The notes beneath the pieces were generated by a model, which was not told where the DNA came from, did no database searches, and saw nothing but the letters and a program-made list of their open reading frames with translations. The position numbers and the translations under genes are program-made. From Felis catus (lineage: Eukaryota): 64,000 nt of DNA. Below are positions 50,826 through 62,924 of the stretch, in pieces. Each line of letters opens with the position of its first letter. Within the stretch, counting starts at the first letter, position 1. The DNA is taken from positions 92,568,001 to 92,632,000 of the forward strand of contig NC_058368.1 of the NCBI RefSeq assembly GCF_018350175.1. The letters run 5' to 3'.

Positions 50826-51033
50826 ATTTTTCTAATGTTTATTTTTGAGAGAGAGAGAGAGAGAGAGAATGAGCAGAGGAGGGGCACAGAGCAAGGAAGA
50901 CAAAGAATCCGAAGCAGGCTCCAGGCTCTGAGCTGTCAGCACAGCACCTGATGCAGGGCTTGAACTCACGAACAGGGAGATTATGACCTGAGCTGAAGTC
51001 CGATGCTTAACCGACCAAGCTACCCAGGTGCCT
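50826..51033 (-). mobile_element. Can-SINE
   Basis: TSD tcagaatgt. Confidence 0.95.
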
Positions 51034-52321
51034 TCAGAATGTGCTTTCTAAGGATTTCAGATTTTATTCACATTTCACCTGGACAAAGGCTGTCGTGTGT
51101 TCTTCTAAGGAAGGCATATCAGCATGAGATAAACTGGCAAGTAGAAAAGCTTCAGTCCCTGATGGGTACACCTTGAAAGTCAGAGTCCCTTTTCAGGTTA
51201 TCATGCTGCGAACTGGAAATCCTTCTTGTAAATACATCTCCAAAGGTCCAATCTGACCGTCAAAACAAGCTGTCCTTCATTATATATAAGACCTCATATG
51301 GAAATGTCCATTTTCACAACAGCTTTTAGCCCTTGTTAAAGATCCAGGTTTCTGTCCTCCACCCTTCTCAGAAGATCCCCATGCCATAGTTTGGAAGCCA
51401 GAATCTTCATTTTTAAATAGCATCCGGAGATTCTGACCTTGTTGGTCTATGGACCACAGGTTGAAAGACACTGGTCTAGGAAATCCAAGTATCCAGCTGG
51501 CTGCCTGAGTATTTGCATGCCACTTCAAGGTTGGCCAAATGCAACCCTGGGAAAGCCTGCTTTGGGAGTCTGACTCCCAAGCACAAGGTCTTAAAGTAAT
51601 TAGTCACATGTTCTGAGCAGGATCAATAAAATGTGCGGAATTATTTAGACAAAGATAAAAGGTTTGCATAGTCTGCACAACTTAGCTAAAAGCTGCGCTA
51701 GCAATAAGCTGGTAACTATTAAAATGAATGAGTTTTAAAGTTTGTGGCTGCTTAAGAGACTTTGCTTATGTTCTGCAGATTTTTTCCCCATTGATTTTAG
51801 TATCCAATTTGAAGATTTTCAGGCGCTTCTCTAATACATTTTGATAAAACATGAAAAGTTTCTTCTTTGTGCTGTTCACATCTTGTTTCACCCCAGTTCA
51901 TAGGGACAGATAGCCCAGAATAATTCACCCAGCTTTAGCGAGAATCTGGGTGATCCCTGTGACTTTCTTGCTGGAGGAGCCCACAGGAAAAAGACACCCC
52001 ATACTCCCCTCCCTGCTCCCACCCAGACTGTGTGATGTCTCAGCTGGCATAATAGGCAAAAATAAAGTAATGCATAACCTTGCTCAAAGGAGACTTTATT
52101 TTCAATTGGTAGTATCCAATATAAAAAAAGAGGAGGCAAGAGAAAAAGGATCCATTTTATCTCTCTTATAAATACTGGGTGTAGACCAACCTAGAGTTGG
52201 AAAAGGGGACATGGGGTGCTCAGAGGGAAGTGAGAAGTCACAAAGGACAGCCTATGAGCATCTCCTACCTCTGAGAAGCTCGTTTCCTGTTTAGCCAGCA
52301 AAAGTCCTAGCTCATCATTTC

Positions 52322-52543
52322 TTTTTTTTTTTAATTTTTAAATATATTATTTATTTTTGAGAGACAAAGAGAGGGACAGAGCAAGAAGGAGAGGGGCAGA
52401 GAGAGGGAGACACAGAATCTGAAGTAGGCTCCAGCCTCTGAACTGTCAGCACACAGCCCAGTGCAGGGATCAAACCCACAAAGCATGAGATCATGACCTG
52501 AGCTGAACCTGGTTGCTTAACCGACTGAGCCACCCTGGCGCCC
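52322..52543 (-). mobile_element. Can-SINE
   Basis: Degenerate TSD ctagct...catttc. Confidence 0.95.
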
Positions 52544-52579
52544 TTCTAGCTTGCCATTTCTGATTCTCTAACTACTTCT

Positions 52580-52748
52580 TTTCTTTTTTTAATGTTTTAT
52601 TTTTGAGAGAGTTTAAGTTGGGGAGGGGCAGAGAGAGAGGGGTACAGACTGGGGGCAGAGCGAAGTGGGCTCTGTGCTGACAACACTGAGTCTGATGTGG
52701 GGCTCGAACTCAGGACCTGAGCTGAACTCATCGTGACCTGAGCTGAAG
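52580..52748 (-). mobile_element. Can-SINE, head-truncated and rearranged
   Basis: Body with duplicated gacctgagctgaa; head missing; TSD ctacttct. Confidence 0.88.
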
Positions 52749-52969
52749 GTTATAGTTATAGTTATAGAGCTATATAGAGCTATATAGAGCTCTATAGTTA
52801 TAGAGCTAGCTACTTCTATAAGCTGATATTGGAGAAGCTGTTTTGGTCAGTCAACTAGTCTACTGAAGCAAACAACCACTCTGGCTAATTTTGATTCACT
52901 GAATTGTCTAATGTTTCACCAAATTTGGATAAATATGATGGCTGTCTTGTACCTTGAGGACAAATTTTG

Positions 52970-53260
52970 AGAAAGGAGCAAATTGCATGGCATAGTTGAA
53001 ATAGGACTAGACCGGGATTTGGGACATATAGATTGTTATCCTCCTTTAATACTGACTAGATCTGTGTTTTCAACTGTCAGCTCGTCTCACTGGGCCTGAA
53101 TTTTCTCATCTGCACAATTACTGCTGAATGCAACTGTACAGTTCACAGTTTTCATATGTCTTATCTTATTTGACGGACATAAAAATTCCAAAAGGAACCG
53201 TGACACATATAATTATTATTCCCCATGTTATAGATGACAAAGCTGAGGTCCTGATTCTGG
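52970..53260. mobile_element. Two MIR relics in opposite orientation
   Basis: Plus: tgggcctgaattttctcatctgcacaat. Minus: ccccatgttatagatgacaaagctgagg. Confidence 0.6.
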
Positions 53261-54145
53261 TCGTGACTGAGCAATTCCTATCAAACCACCTCTTCGAAAA
53301 AAAATTACACACTCTATGCAAATGTTAAAAAAAAACAACTACCCAAACTAGACCATTTCCTCAAATAGGCTCGTTATGGAAGGGGATTGACACTTGAAAG
53401 AGCGAAACAGCATCAGAGGATTTTCCCATATTTTTATGACTTTTAGCCTGAAGTCAGACCCCAGACTGAATCAGAGAGGAGTAGCTAACACTAGCAGAGA
53501 AGCTATAGTTTTACTGGCTTGAAGACAGGGGATAGACTCCAGTATAACCAAAGGAGCTATAAAGAGAAAGTGGGAGAAGGAGAGCTCCAAATTCTGTGTA
53601 GGGAGTCCACCTTAATATCAGGCTGATCCCTGAATTATGCATGTATGAGGCAGACTTCAAGCACTCCAGCTAAAGCTAAAAGAACTGAACTAGAATTTCA
53701 GCTGGTGGCAGTTGCAGAGGAGACAGAGTTTGCAGACTGAAATCAGCCTAGTTGACTGCCTGGTTAAACAAACAAGCAATCAGAAAAAAAAAAGTTGATA
53801 ATCTTCAGAAGAATATAACAGAAGTCAGTCTTTATCACACGTCCTGACAATGTCCAAGACATAATCCTAAATTACTTGACACACAGGAAACAGTGTTATC
53901 CATGGAAAACAGGGATCTTATAAGTAAAGAAAGTAGATGCTGTGGTAATATAATTTATGGAATGTTTAGAAGCTAGTGAAAGCCAGTGACAAACCTTGAA
54001 ATTCGATTTTCTAAGTCCCATTTTATTTCCACCTCTATAAATCTATTCCATCTCTAAACTTTCTAAGCCAGTGTGATATATTTTATCCAATTTAACAAAA
54101 ATATCTTACTTTGATGAAGGTTAGTCAGAAAAGAGTAGTAATCAT

Positions 54146-54355
54146 GGGACTCCTGGGTGACTCAGTTGGTTGAGTGCCAACTTTGGCTCAGGTCATGATC
54201 TCACAGTTTGTGAATTCAGTCTCTGTGTTGCACTCTGTGCTAACAGCTCAGAGCCTGGAGCCTGCTTCGGATTCTGTGTCTCCCTCTCTCTGTCCCTGCT
54301 TGCACTCTGTCTCTCTCTCTCAAAAATAAATGAACATTAAAACAATTAAAAAAAT
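54146..54355 (+). mobile_element. Can-SINE
   Basis: Head, CT tract, A-tail. Confidence 0.95.
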
Positions 54356-54666
54356 GAATAGTAGTCATTAAGACTGTTATTATAAAGGAAGGTTTCAAAA
54401 TACTCATTTCCTCTCTTACATCCTCTACAAATTCAAATTCTGTTAGTTGCCTAGTCATGTGTCCTCATTTACTTTGCTACCTGAAGCCCAGTTTGGTTCA
54501 GGCTGAAATATCAGTCAGCTGAACACTTACTTTCCTAGCCTCCAATGCAGCTGTGGGTACTCTTGTAGCCAAGTTTCAGCAGTGACAATTAGTAAACTGG
54601 CTATTTCTGAAACTTTTTTTGACATAACTCCCCACCTTTAATTCTTGTATTAAAAATAGACATTAC

Positions 54667-54880
54667 AGGGTGCCTGGATGGCTCAGTTGGTTAAGTGTCT
54701 GACTCTTGATTTCAGCTCAGGTCATAATTTCAAAGTTTGTAGGATCGAGCCCTGCATTGGGCTCTGTGCTGACAGTGTGGAGCCTGCTTGGGGTTCTTTC
54801 TCCCTTTCTTTCCACCCTTCCTCTGCTCAGTTGCATGCATGCTCTCCTTCTCTCTCAAAATAAGTAAATATTAAAAAAAA
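54667..54880 (+). mobile_element. Can-SINE
   Basis: Perfect TSD aaaaatagacattaca. Confidence 0.95.
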
Positions 54881-55086
54881 TAGACATTACATCTAGTCTG
54901 CAAGGGGAGGAATCCTACAACCATGAAGTGAAATACTTGGGTAGAGTCAAAATATAAAAGATTCTGAATTTCTGACTTCATTTCTGAGCAATTGAGTTAA
55001 TACTAGTAATTGTCTTTCTCTAGACTATTGTATGAGGGAAGCAAAACTCTATTTATTTCATCAACTGTTAATCAAAAATTCTGTTG

Positions 55087-55255
55087 GGGCACCTGGGTGG
55101 CTCATTCGGTTAAACATCCTAACTCCTGATTTTGGCTCAGGTCATGATCTCACAGTTTGTGAGTGCGAGCCCCACATTGGGCTCTACACTGTTAGTGCTT
55201 GGGATACTCTCTGTCTCCCTCTCTCTCTGAAAATAAATAAATAAACTTAAAAAAA
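55087..55255 (+). mobile_element. Can-SINE
   Basis: TSD aaaaattc. Confidence 0.93.
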
Positions 55256-55534
55256 TTCCGCTACTTGCAACCAAGTATAATTCCAATTAACAACTTCATG
55301 AGAGAGGCAAAACACAAGTTTGATGTCCTACTTCAGTCCCTGAAAGTCACATTCCCTTTGCACTATGTACATTATAAAGCATCATCTGTTCTAAGATGAG
55401 CCATAGCATTTCACAGGCAGCACCAGAAACACTACATTAAATATACATAGGGCTTATAAGACCTGTATCTATTTCAGCAATGTTAAAATGTGTGTGTGGC
55501 AGGAGTGGTAAACACGGAGTGTTACTTAAACCAA

Positions 55535-57790
55535 GATGAGTTACCACCACATACTTCTGAGAATGGCTAAAATAATAATTTAAAAAGCCCCAAGCCAGTA
55601 ATACTTATTGCTGGCAATAAGTATGCAGAACAAATTTTAAGTATGAAGAACAACAGGAACTATCATTCATACCTGGTGGGAATGAAAAAAGGTACAGCTA
55701 GTTTGGAATGCAGTTTTGCAGATTTGTATAAAGCTAACCATTGTCTTACCATATAATCTCACGGTTGTATTCCTATGTTTTGACCCAGTTGGTTGAAAAT
55801 ATGTGTACCCAAAACCCGCATGTTTTGGGAAGCGTTTTTCATAATCACCAACATAATCACCAGTAGCATTATTCATAATCACCAAAAACTGGAAGCAGCT
55901 GGGATATCCTTCAATAGGTGAAGAGGTAACCTGTGGTACGTCCATACAATGGGATCCTATCCAGTGATAAAAAAATAATGAGCTATTAGCCCACATAAAA
56001 GCATAGATGAATATTAAATGCATATTGCTAAGCAAAAGGAGCCAATCTGAAAAGGCTACATACATTTATAGAACTTTATGTCACAAAGGAAAACAAAAAT
56101 TATCTATAAATTGAAAACAAAATTAGGAGTTGATCGATCCCAGGATGGTATGCAGAATGTGTCAGAAGAAGTGTATGAAATAACCTGACTCATGAAGGCG
56201 GTGGGGGAGGGGAGGGAGAAGGTGCTGACCTAAGTAGCTTTGGAAGTGAGTGGAGACTAAAGGCAAAAAGATGGCATTCTACTTGCTAAACTTATTTTCT
56301 GTGGGTGTACGGATGAGCAAGTCTGCAACCATGATGCATACATGTGGGCTTGAACAGATAAGTAAATGGATGGCAGAGACGGGGAGCCAGGTTGCAGATA
56401 AACAGAAGTTAGGCTAGAACAATCCAGGTGGGAATGGATCAGAATTGGAAACACCAGTATGAACCTACGTGTAGCTTAATACAAATATATATGTGGATAC
56501 AGATAGATGTGGATATGTGTATATACTTGGGTTAGTGTACCTACATAGAGTTTCTTATTCTGTTATCTGACAGAGTCTAGAAGCAGCAATGCCTCAGTGG
56601 CAATGAGCAAATCCAACATCCAGATTTGGTTTGAATACCACCCTCCTACAAAAAGAAACAGGGCTCCTTGGAGAAATGGCTGATTTCAGGATTGGGGCAA
56701 GGAGTGTAAAAGAGGAGCCTGGAGTGTCTTGTAGTGCCAGAAAGGAAGTCCTCAAAAAAAAATTTAATTGATGGTAGTATGTTAAAGAGACAGAGGGGCC
56801 AGCTGAAGGAGCTCCCAGTGGCCAAAACTGGAATAATTTGAGAAACAAAAGAAATGGTTTAATGTTGGATTATAATCTAAAACATAAGTATCCATGAGTC
56901 CATACTGATGTGAGTTAATTACTGAGTGGGTACATAAAATGCACATATATTCTACATAGAACTAAAAATAATTTATATAGATGATCCCCCCCCACCCCCC
57001 CGCCGCTCAGAGGATGGAGCAAAACTTCACACGTCTTACATGTAGGTTGTATATAGTGACTTTCTTCGAAATAGCACAGAACAGAAAGAGCAAAAAGGAG
57101 TAACTTTACAGTGGAGACACCTGCCAGACACTACCTCAGCTAGGCGACCGAGGTTAACATCATCCGTGATAAGTCATGTTGACAGCACATACCCTTCATA
57201 CAGTTGATGAGAATGGTACCTTACCTCTGTGATCTTGCTCCCCAAGAACCCATAACTCCATTTTAATCATGAGAGAAATCTCAGACACATGCAAATTGAG
57301 GGGCCTTCTGCATAGTAGCTGACCGGTACTACTCAGAATTGTCAAGGGGATTCAAAACACTGGAAGTCTGAGACGCTATCACAGTCTAGACAAGCCAAAG
57401 GAAACCTGTCAACTAAATGGAATATTGTGTCCTGGATAGGATCCTGCAACAGCAACATGCATTTGGTAAAAACTAAGGAAATCTGAATAAAGTATAGACT
57501 TTAGTTAGAGCTAGTATCAATATTGGCTCATTAGTTGTGACAAGGATGCCATACTAATGTCAGATGTTGGCATTAGGAGAAAGTGAGTATGCGGTATACA
57601 GGAATCTCTGTAAATATTTATAACTCTTTTGTAAATCTAAAATGATTCTCAAGGAGTGCCCGGCTGGCTCAATCAGTAGAGCGTGTGACTCTTGATCTGG
57701 GGGTCATGAGTTTGAGCCCCACATTGGGTGTAGAGATAACTTAAAAGTAAACAAACAAACATAAAAAGATTCTCAAAATATTTATTTTAA
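55535..57790 (+). mobile_element. Old L1MC/MD-like ORF2 tail plus long 3'UTR
   Basis: ggtgggaatgaaaaaaggtacagc..., cagggctccttggagaaatggctgatt..., ggaaatctgaataaagtatagactttagtt. Confidence 0.8.
57652..57765 (+). mobile_element. Short tRNA-Lys-like carnivore SINE
   Basis: gcccggctggctcaatcagtagagcgtgtgactcttgatct...gagccccacattgggtg closely follows tRNA-Lys(CTT); A-tail; TSD gattctcaa. Confidence 0.88.
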
Positions 57791-58235
57791 AATGTATTCT
57801 ATGGAAGAAGGGGAGCATTTCTAAAAGTCTAGGGAATACAAGCATTTGGGTTTCTGTTTGACTCTGTTGGTTCACCAAAGACAACTAGTTGGTTCTGAAC
57901 TTATTAAATGATCTTAAGTCAGCACTTTCATAAGTTATATCTTCCCAGGAGACTGTTTTTTATTTTCTTCCAATCTGTCAGTAATCCCAAGAGTGGGATT
58001 AACCTGCTTTGTGCTCAGGGAGACAGAATTAAACACATGATCAATGTGGTGTTTCCGGAGGAGACATTTCCCCCAAGAAATAAAAGAGCTTTTTTTGTAC
58101 GTTGTAAAATCCCAAGTATTGAAATAAAAATGTTTAATTATACTAATGAAAAATTAAGTGTTGGAAACAATTTAACACATTAAAATGTTTGTAGCAAAAT
58201 TGGTGAAAGCAAATATAAAAAACAGAAAGATTGTT

Positions 58236-58462
58236 GGGCACCAGCTGGCTCAGTCGGTTAAGTGTCTGACTGGCTCAGCTCATGATCTCATGGTTCGTGA
58301 GCTCGAGCCCCACATTGGGCTCTGTGCTGATAGCTCAGAGCCTGGAGCCTGCTTTGGATTCTGTGTCTCCCTCTCTCTCTACCCCTCCTCAGCTCATGCT
58401 CTGTCTCTCTGTCTCTCTGTCTCTCTCTCTCAAAAATAAATAAACATTAAAAATTTTTTTAC
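58236..58462 (+). mobile_element. Can-SINE
   Basis: TSD aaagattgt. Confidence 0.95.
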
Positions 58463-58974
58463 AAAGATTGTCAAAAAAATAGGGAGATATAAATACCATA
58501 GTACCTCATTGAAAAAATAACTCCAGATGGGGAAAATGCATAGTTGAGACAATGAATATTCAACAAGCAATTTCCTTTGTTCAGGCCTAATGCATCCCAT
58601 CATAAAACAATCAAATTTGAAGTCTTGAATGCCTTAGCTTTTAGTAGCTGATGGCAAAGTGTGAAGGGAAAGGAATAGCATACAAAAATTAGCTGTTTTA
58701 CTTTGTGTTCGTGCTTTTGGTTAGGAACACCACTGTGAAACCAGAAAGATATTATAGAAATTCTCAACTGTCCCCTCTATGGTTGCTGTCAAAAAAGGTG
58801 TTGTGTGTACACAAGTACACACACACACTTACACACATAGTATGCTGCAAACACACAGACCATCCATGCAAGTCCTTAGCATGCTGGGGGCTCAAGAGGG
58901 GATGGACAGTACTGTCTAATCCAGAGTCAGCTCAGTGGAGATAGGTTAAGAAACCTTGTGGTGTGAAAAGAGGC

Positions 58975-59800
58975 TGAGTATCGCTCATCATCAGGGATAT
59001 GCAAATCAAAACTGCAATGAGGTATCACTTCCCGCCAATCAGAATGGCTAAAATTAACCACACCGGGAACAACAGGTGTTGGCGAGGAGGGGGAACGCTT
59101 TTACACTGTTGGTGGGAATGCAAGCTGGTGCAGCCATTCTGGAAAACAGTACAGAGATTCCTCAAAAAATTAAAAATAGAACTGCCCAATGACCCAGCAA
59201 TTGCACTACTAGGTATGTACCCAAAGGATACAAAAAATACTGGTTCAAAGGGATACATGCACTCCGATGCTTATAGCAGCACTATCAACAATAGCCAAAT
59301 TACGGAAAGAGCCCAAATGTCCTTTGTCCATTGACTGATGAATGAATAAAGAAGAGGTTCTGTATATATAGTAGAATACTACTCAGCCATCAAAAAGAAT
59401 GAAGTCTTGCTATTTGCACCAATGTAGATGGGGCTAGAGAGTATCATGTTAAGGGAGTATTATTTGTCAGAGAAAGACAAATACATTATGATTTCACTCA
59501 TGTGGAATTTAAGAACCAAACAGTTGAGTAAAGGAAAAGAAGGGGAAAAAGAGAGAAACCAAAAGCATAGAGAACAAACTGATGGATATGGGAGGTGGGT
59601 GGGGGGATGGATTAAATAGGTGATGAGGATTAAGGAGGGAAGCTGTGATGAGCACTGGGTGTTGTATGTAAGTGGTGAATCACTAAAATATTACACCGCA
59701 TATTAACTAACTGGGATTTAGATAAAAATAAATAAGTTTATTTTATTTTATTTTATTTATTATTTTATTTAAATGAAAATAAAGCAGAGGAAAAAAAAAG
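58975..59800 (+). mobile_element. Carnivore L1 3' end (degenerate ORF2 CCHC tail plus 3'UTR)
   Basis: ORF 58999-59334 [10 protein letters not shown]...[16 protein letters not shown]; 3'UTR gatgagcactgggtgttgtatg; A-rich tail. Confidence 0.92.
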
Positions 59801-60405
59801 AAAGTGTGAAGGTGGTGTACATAGAATAAATTCATCAGATCTTTCTGCCAAATGTTCACTGAGACTTTGAGAGATTAGGGCTCAGGACAAGTGAGTTCAG
59901 CATAAGAGAGCATGATCGTAAGCAGGGTCGGTGACCATGGGGCATTGCCTAAGAAGGAAATCCAGGATAGAAGTTAGCGTAAGGACCCCTGAGCAATCAG
60001 GGTGGTGGGACAGGTCTTTATAACAAACCTCTATAGGGAGGAATAAAATGCTACTGCCCAATTTTGACCTATGAGACCCTCCTTATGGAAACTCCAGTAT
60101 AGCCTTGTAATTAGAAAAACTGGTTTGGAGACTTAAGGACTAGGATATTTCACTGTTCCTTGTCACATATACAGCAGAGAGAAATGTCACTGCGCAAGGA
60201 GTCAGGATGTGCTTCTGGTCTCAGCTCTACCTCTAATTCAACTTGTAACCTTGGGGAAAGCATTTTATGCTCTTACCTTATTTTTCCTTTTTAAGGGAAA
60301 CTCTCTCTGTCCCTTCCAAGGCTGATTTTCCAAGTTGCTGAGGAGGGTGATACAACTAGCTGATTGACTTTCTCAGAAAACTGGCACATTAAGAAAATAG
60401 CTTTG

Positions 60406-60612
60406 GGGACGCCTGGGTGGCTCAGTTGGTTAAGTCTGACTCTTGGTTTCAGCTCAGGTCATGATCTCACAGTTCCTGAGTTCAAGCCCCACATCAGGCT
60501 CTGTACTGACAGCACAGAGCCTGCCTGGGATTCTCTCTCTCCCTCTCTCCATGCCTCTCCCTTGCTTGCTTGTTCTCTATTTCTCTCTCAAAATAAATAA
60601 ATTAATTAAAAA
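60406..60612 (+). mobile_element. Can-SINE
   Basis: TSD aaaatagcttt. Confidence 0.95.
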
Positions 60613-60624
60613 ATAGCTTTATGA

Positions 60625-61145
60625 CTCAAGTGTCCATGGATAGATAAGTGGATAAAGAAGATGTGGTATATATACACAATGGAGTATTACTCAGCCATAA
60701 AAAAGAATGAAATCTTGCCATTTGCAACAACATAGATGGACCTGGACGGTATAACTCCAAGTGAAACAAGTCAGACAGAGAAAGACAGATACTGTACAAT
60801 TTCACTTATATGTGGATTCTTAAAAAACCAATGAACCAACAAAATAGAAACAGCCTGATAAATACAGAGAACAATCTGCTGGTTGCTAGAAGGGACGGAA
60901 AATGGGGGGGAGGTACAAAAAACTTCCAGTTATAAAATAAATAAGTCCCAGGGATGAAAAGTACAGCTTAAGGAATATAGTCGATAATATTGTAATAACT
61001 TCTTAAGGTCACAGATGGTAACTACACTTAACTATGGTGAGCATTTTGTAGTGGATAGAATTGTTGGATCACTATGTTGCACACTTGAAACTAACATGAC
61101 ATTGTATGTCAACTAGACTTCAATTTAAAAAAAGGAAAAAAAAAG
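60625..61145 (+). mobile_element. L1 3' end (L1MA/carnivore-type)
   Basis: tggataaagaagatgtggtat...aaagaatgaaatcttgccatttgcaacaac; poly(A) at ~61127-61143. Confidence 0.9.
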
Positions 61146-61264
61146 AAAATGGCCTTAGATGAGGTACACACATTTTATTCCACAACCAACTACACGAATC
61201 TTACCGTTTTGTCATTACCATGCCCACTTTCCTTTTTTCAAGTGTGAGTATAAAAATTATTTTA

Positions 61265-61370
61265 GGGGCGCCTGGGTGGCTCACTTGGTTGAGTGTCTAT
61301 TGATTTCAGCTCAGGTCATGGGATCGAGTGCCACATCTGGCTCCATGATGAGTGTAGAGCCTGCTTGGGA

Positions 61371-61410
<40 letters not shown>

Positions 61411-61470
61411 CCTCCTCTGCCCCTCTTTCCCATTCGTGCACTCCCTCTCTCTCTCAAATGAAAAAAAAAA
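61265..61470 (+). mobile_element. Can-SINE (older subfamily)
   Basis: TSD aaaaattatttt. Confidence 0.93.
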
Positions 61471-62367
61471 TTATTTTATATCCAACCAAACTGCTTGTCT
61501 GTCCCTCTGTGTCTTCCTGTTCCTTTAATATGTGGCCCCAAGCAGTGGGGACATTCCAATGTCTAGTGGCCATAGACTCATTCTGCTTCCTATGTATCAC
61601 CCACACGTGACCTTCAGAAGATCATGGGAAGATCCCTTATTGTTCTCGCCATTTGACCCCTTGGAAATACTTATGATCATACATGCTAACTTTCTAGAAG
61701 TGATTTTATGTCTGCATTGTACTTTTGACCCTGTGGCATTTTGAATTCAGTAAGAACGATCAAAAAAAGTCAGTTCTGCACAGGACCTATTCCCAGTTTA
61801 CCTGCTCCGGCACGGGTCCCTGACTGTGGTGGCAGTAATACCCACCCCATCACGGCATTGGGCTATCCAAGGACACAGAGCAGGCTGGCCAGCTGTTGGG
61901 CTTTCTCTGCCTGTTGTCCTTCAGCCTTGTCACTGGAGCATGGATAAGAATACTGCTTTTCACAGAAAGCAGCCATTTAAAAGGGGAGGGAGAGGATTTT
62001 AACACAGCAGTCATTTCTGGGATTTTCAGGTGACAGTCTGTTGAGTAGGATGTACTGTATGAAGCTGCTAACCACTGAGTTTTCTACTGACAAATTAACT
62101 AGGGGATTTGCTCAGTCATTAACTGCTTGACTGGCTGTCTGAGAGCACAAACTGCTTTGGACTGATTCTTGGTGACAATCTTGTTAAGCGGTGACACATT
62201 ATGTCTCTAATGTCTTCATTCTAGTATAAAATGCCCATATAGAGTCCATACAAAGGAAATGCCTTTATACGAGAACATAGTAATATTTCAGCAGTCAACT
62301 TAAAAACTACCTTTGGATGTTACCCATGGAATGCTTCTGAATACCAGAGAAAGGGAAACACACTCAC

Positions 62368-62391
62368 CACATAAAATAGACCCCACAGTAC
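62368..62391 (-). other. Candidate 24-nt microexon of an unidentified host gene
   Basis: ttttatttttgccctttcag|GTACTGTGGGGTCTATTTTATGTG|gtgagt: strong acceptor and donor, frame-preserving length. Confidence 0.45.
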
Positions 62392-62460
62392 CTGAAAGGG
62401 CAAAAATAAAACTTGGATCGATAAAATCCTTAAGAGGCCAAAATCTGGTGGTTCGCTTAC

Positions 62461-62469
62461 ACCCCACAT
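62461..62469 (-). other. Candidate 9-nt microexon
   Basis: actaac branch point, tgcctgcc, AG-free zone, then cag|ATGTGGGGT|gtaagc. Confidence 0.3.
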
Positions 62470-62670
62470 CTGACCACGGTGATAATAAAAGGCAGGCACA
62501 CGATGAGTTAGTTGTGTTCGTGCTTTTAAGTTTTGTAAAGACCACACAAGCCTTCATGCCTGCACCCAAGCGTCACCCTTCCCTTTGTACACCACTGGTC
62601 ATGGAAGAGGCATCATAATTCTGAGAACTAGAATAATTTAAACATGCTTTTCTTCTATAGGTTGGTTCTT

Positions 62671-62892
62671 TTTTTTAAATTTTTTTTTCAACGTTTATTT
62701 TATTTTTGGGACAGAGAGAGACAGAGCATGAACGGGCGAGGGGCAGAGAGAGAGGGAGACACAGAATCGGAAACAGGCTCCAGGCTCTGAGCCATCAGCC
62801 CAGAGCCTGACGCGGGGCTCGAACTCAGGGACCGCGAGATCGTGACCTGGCTGAAGTCGGACGCTTAACCGACTGCGCCACCCAGGCGCCCC
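62671..62892 (-). mobile_element. Very young SINEC_Fc
   Basis: CpGs intact; perfect TSD tataggttggttctt. Confidence 0.97.
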
Positions 62893-62924
62893 TATAGGTT
62901 GGTTCTTAATGTGTTGTTTTAATT

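Noticed and set aside
159..61461. Many ORFs of the MAQSVK..AQVMIS..SGSVLTAQSLEPASDSVSPSLS type
   Set aside because: Recurrent translation of the Can-SINE consensus, not a gene family.
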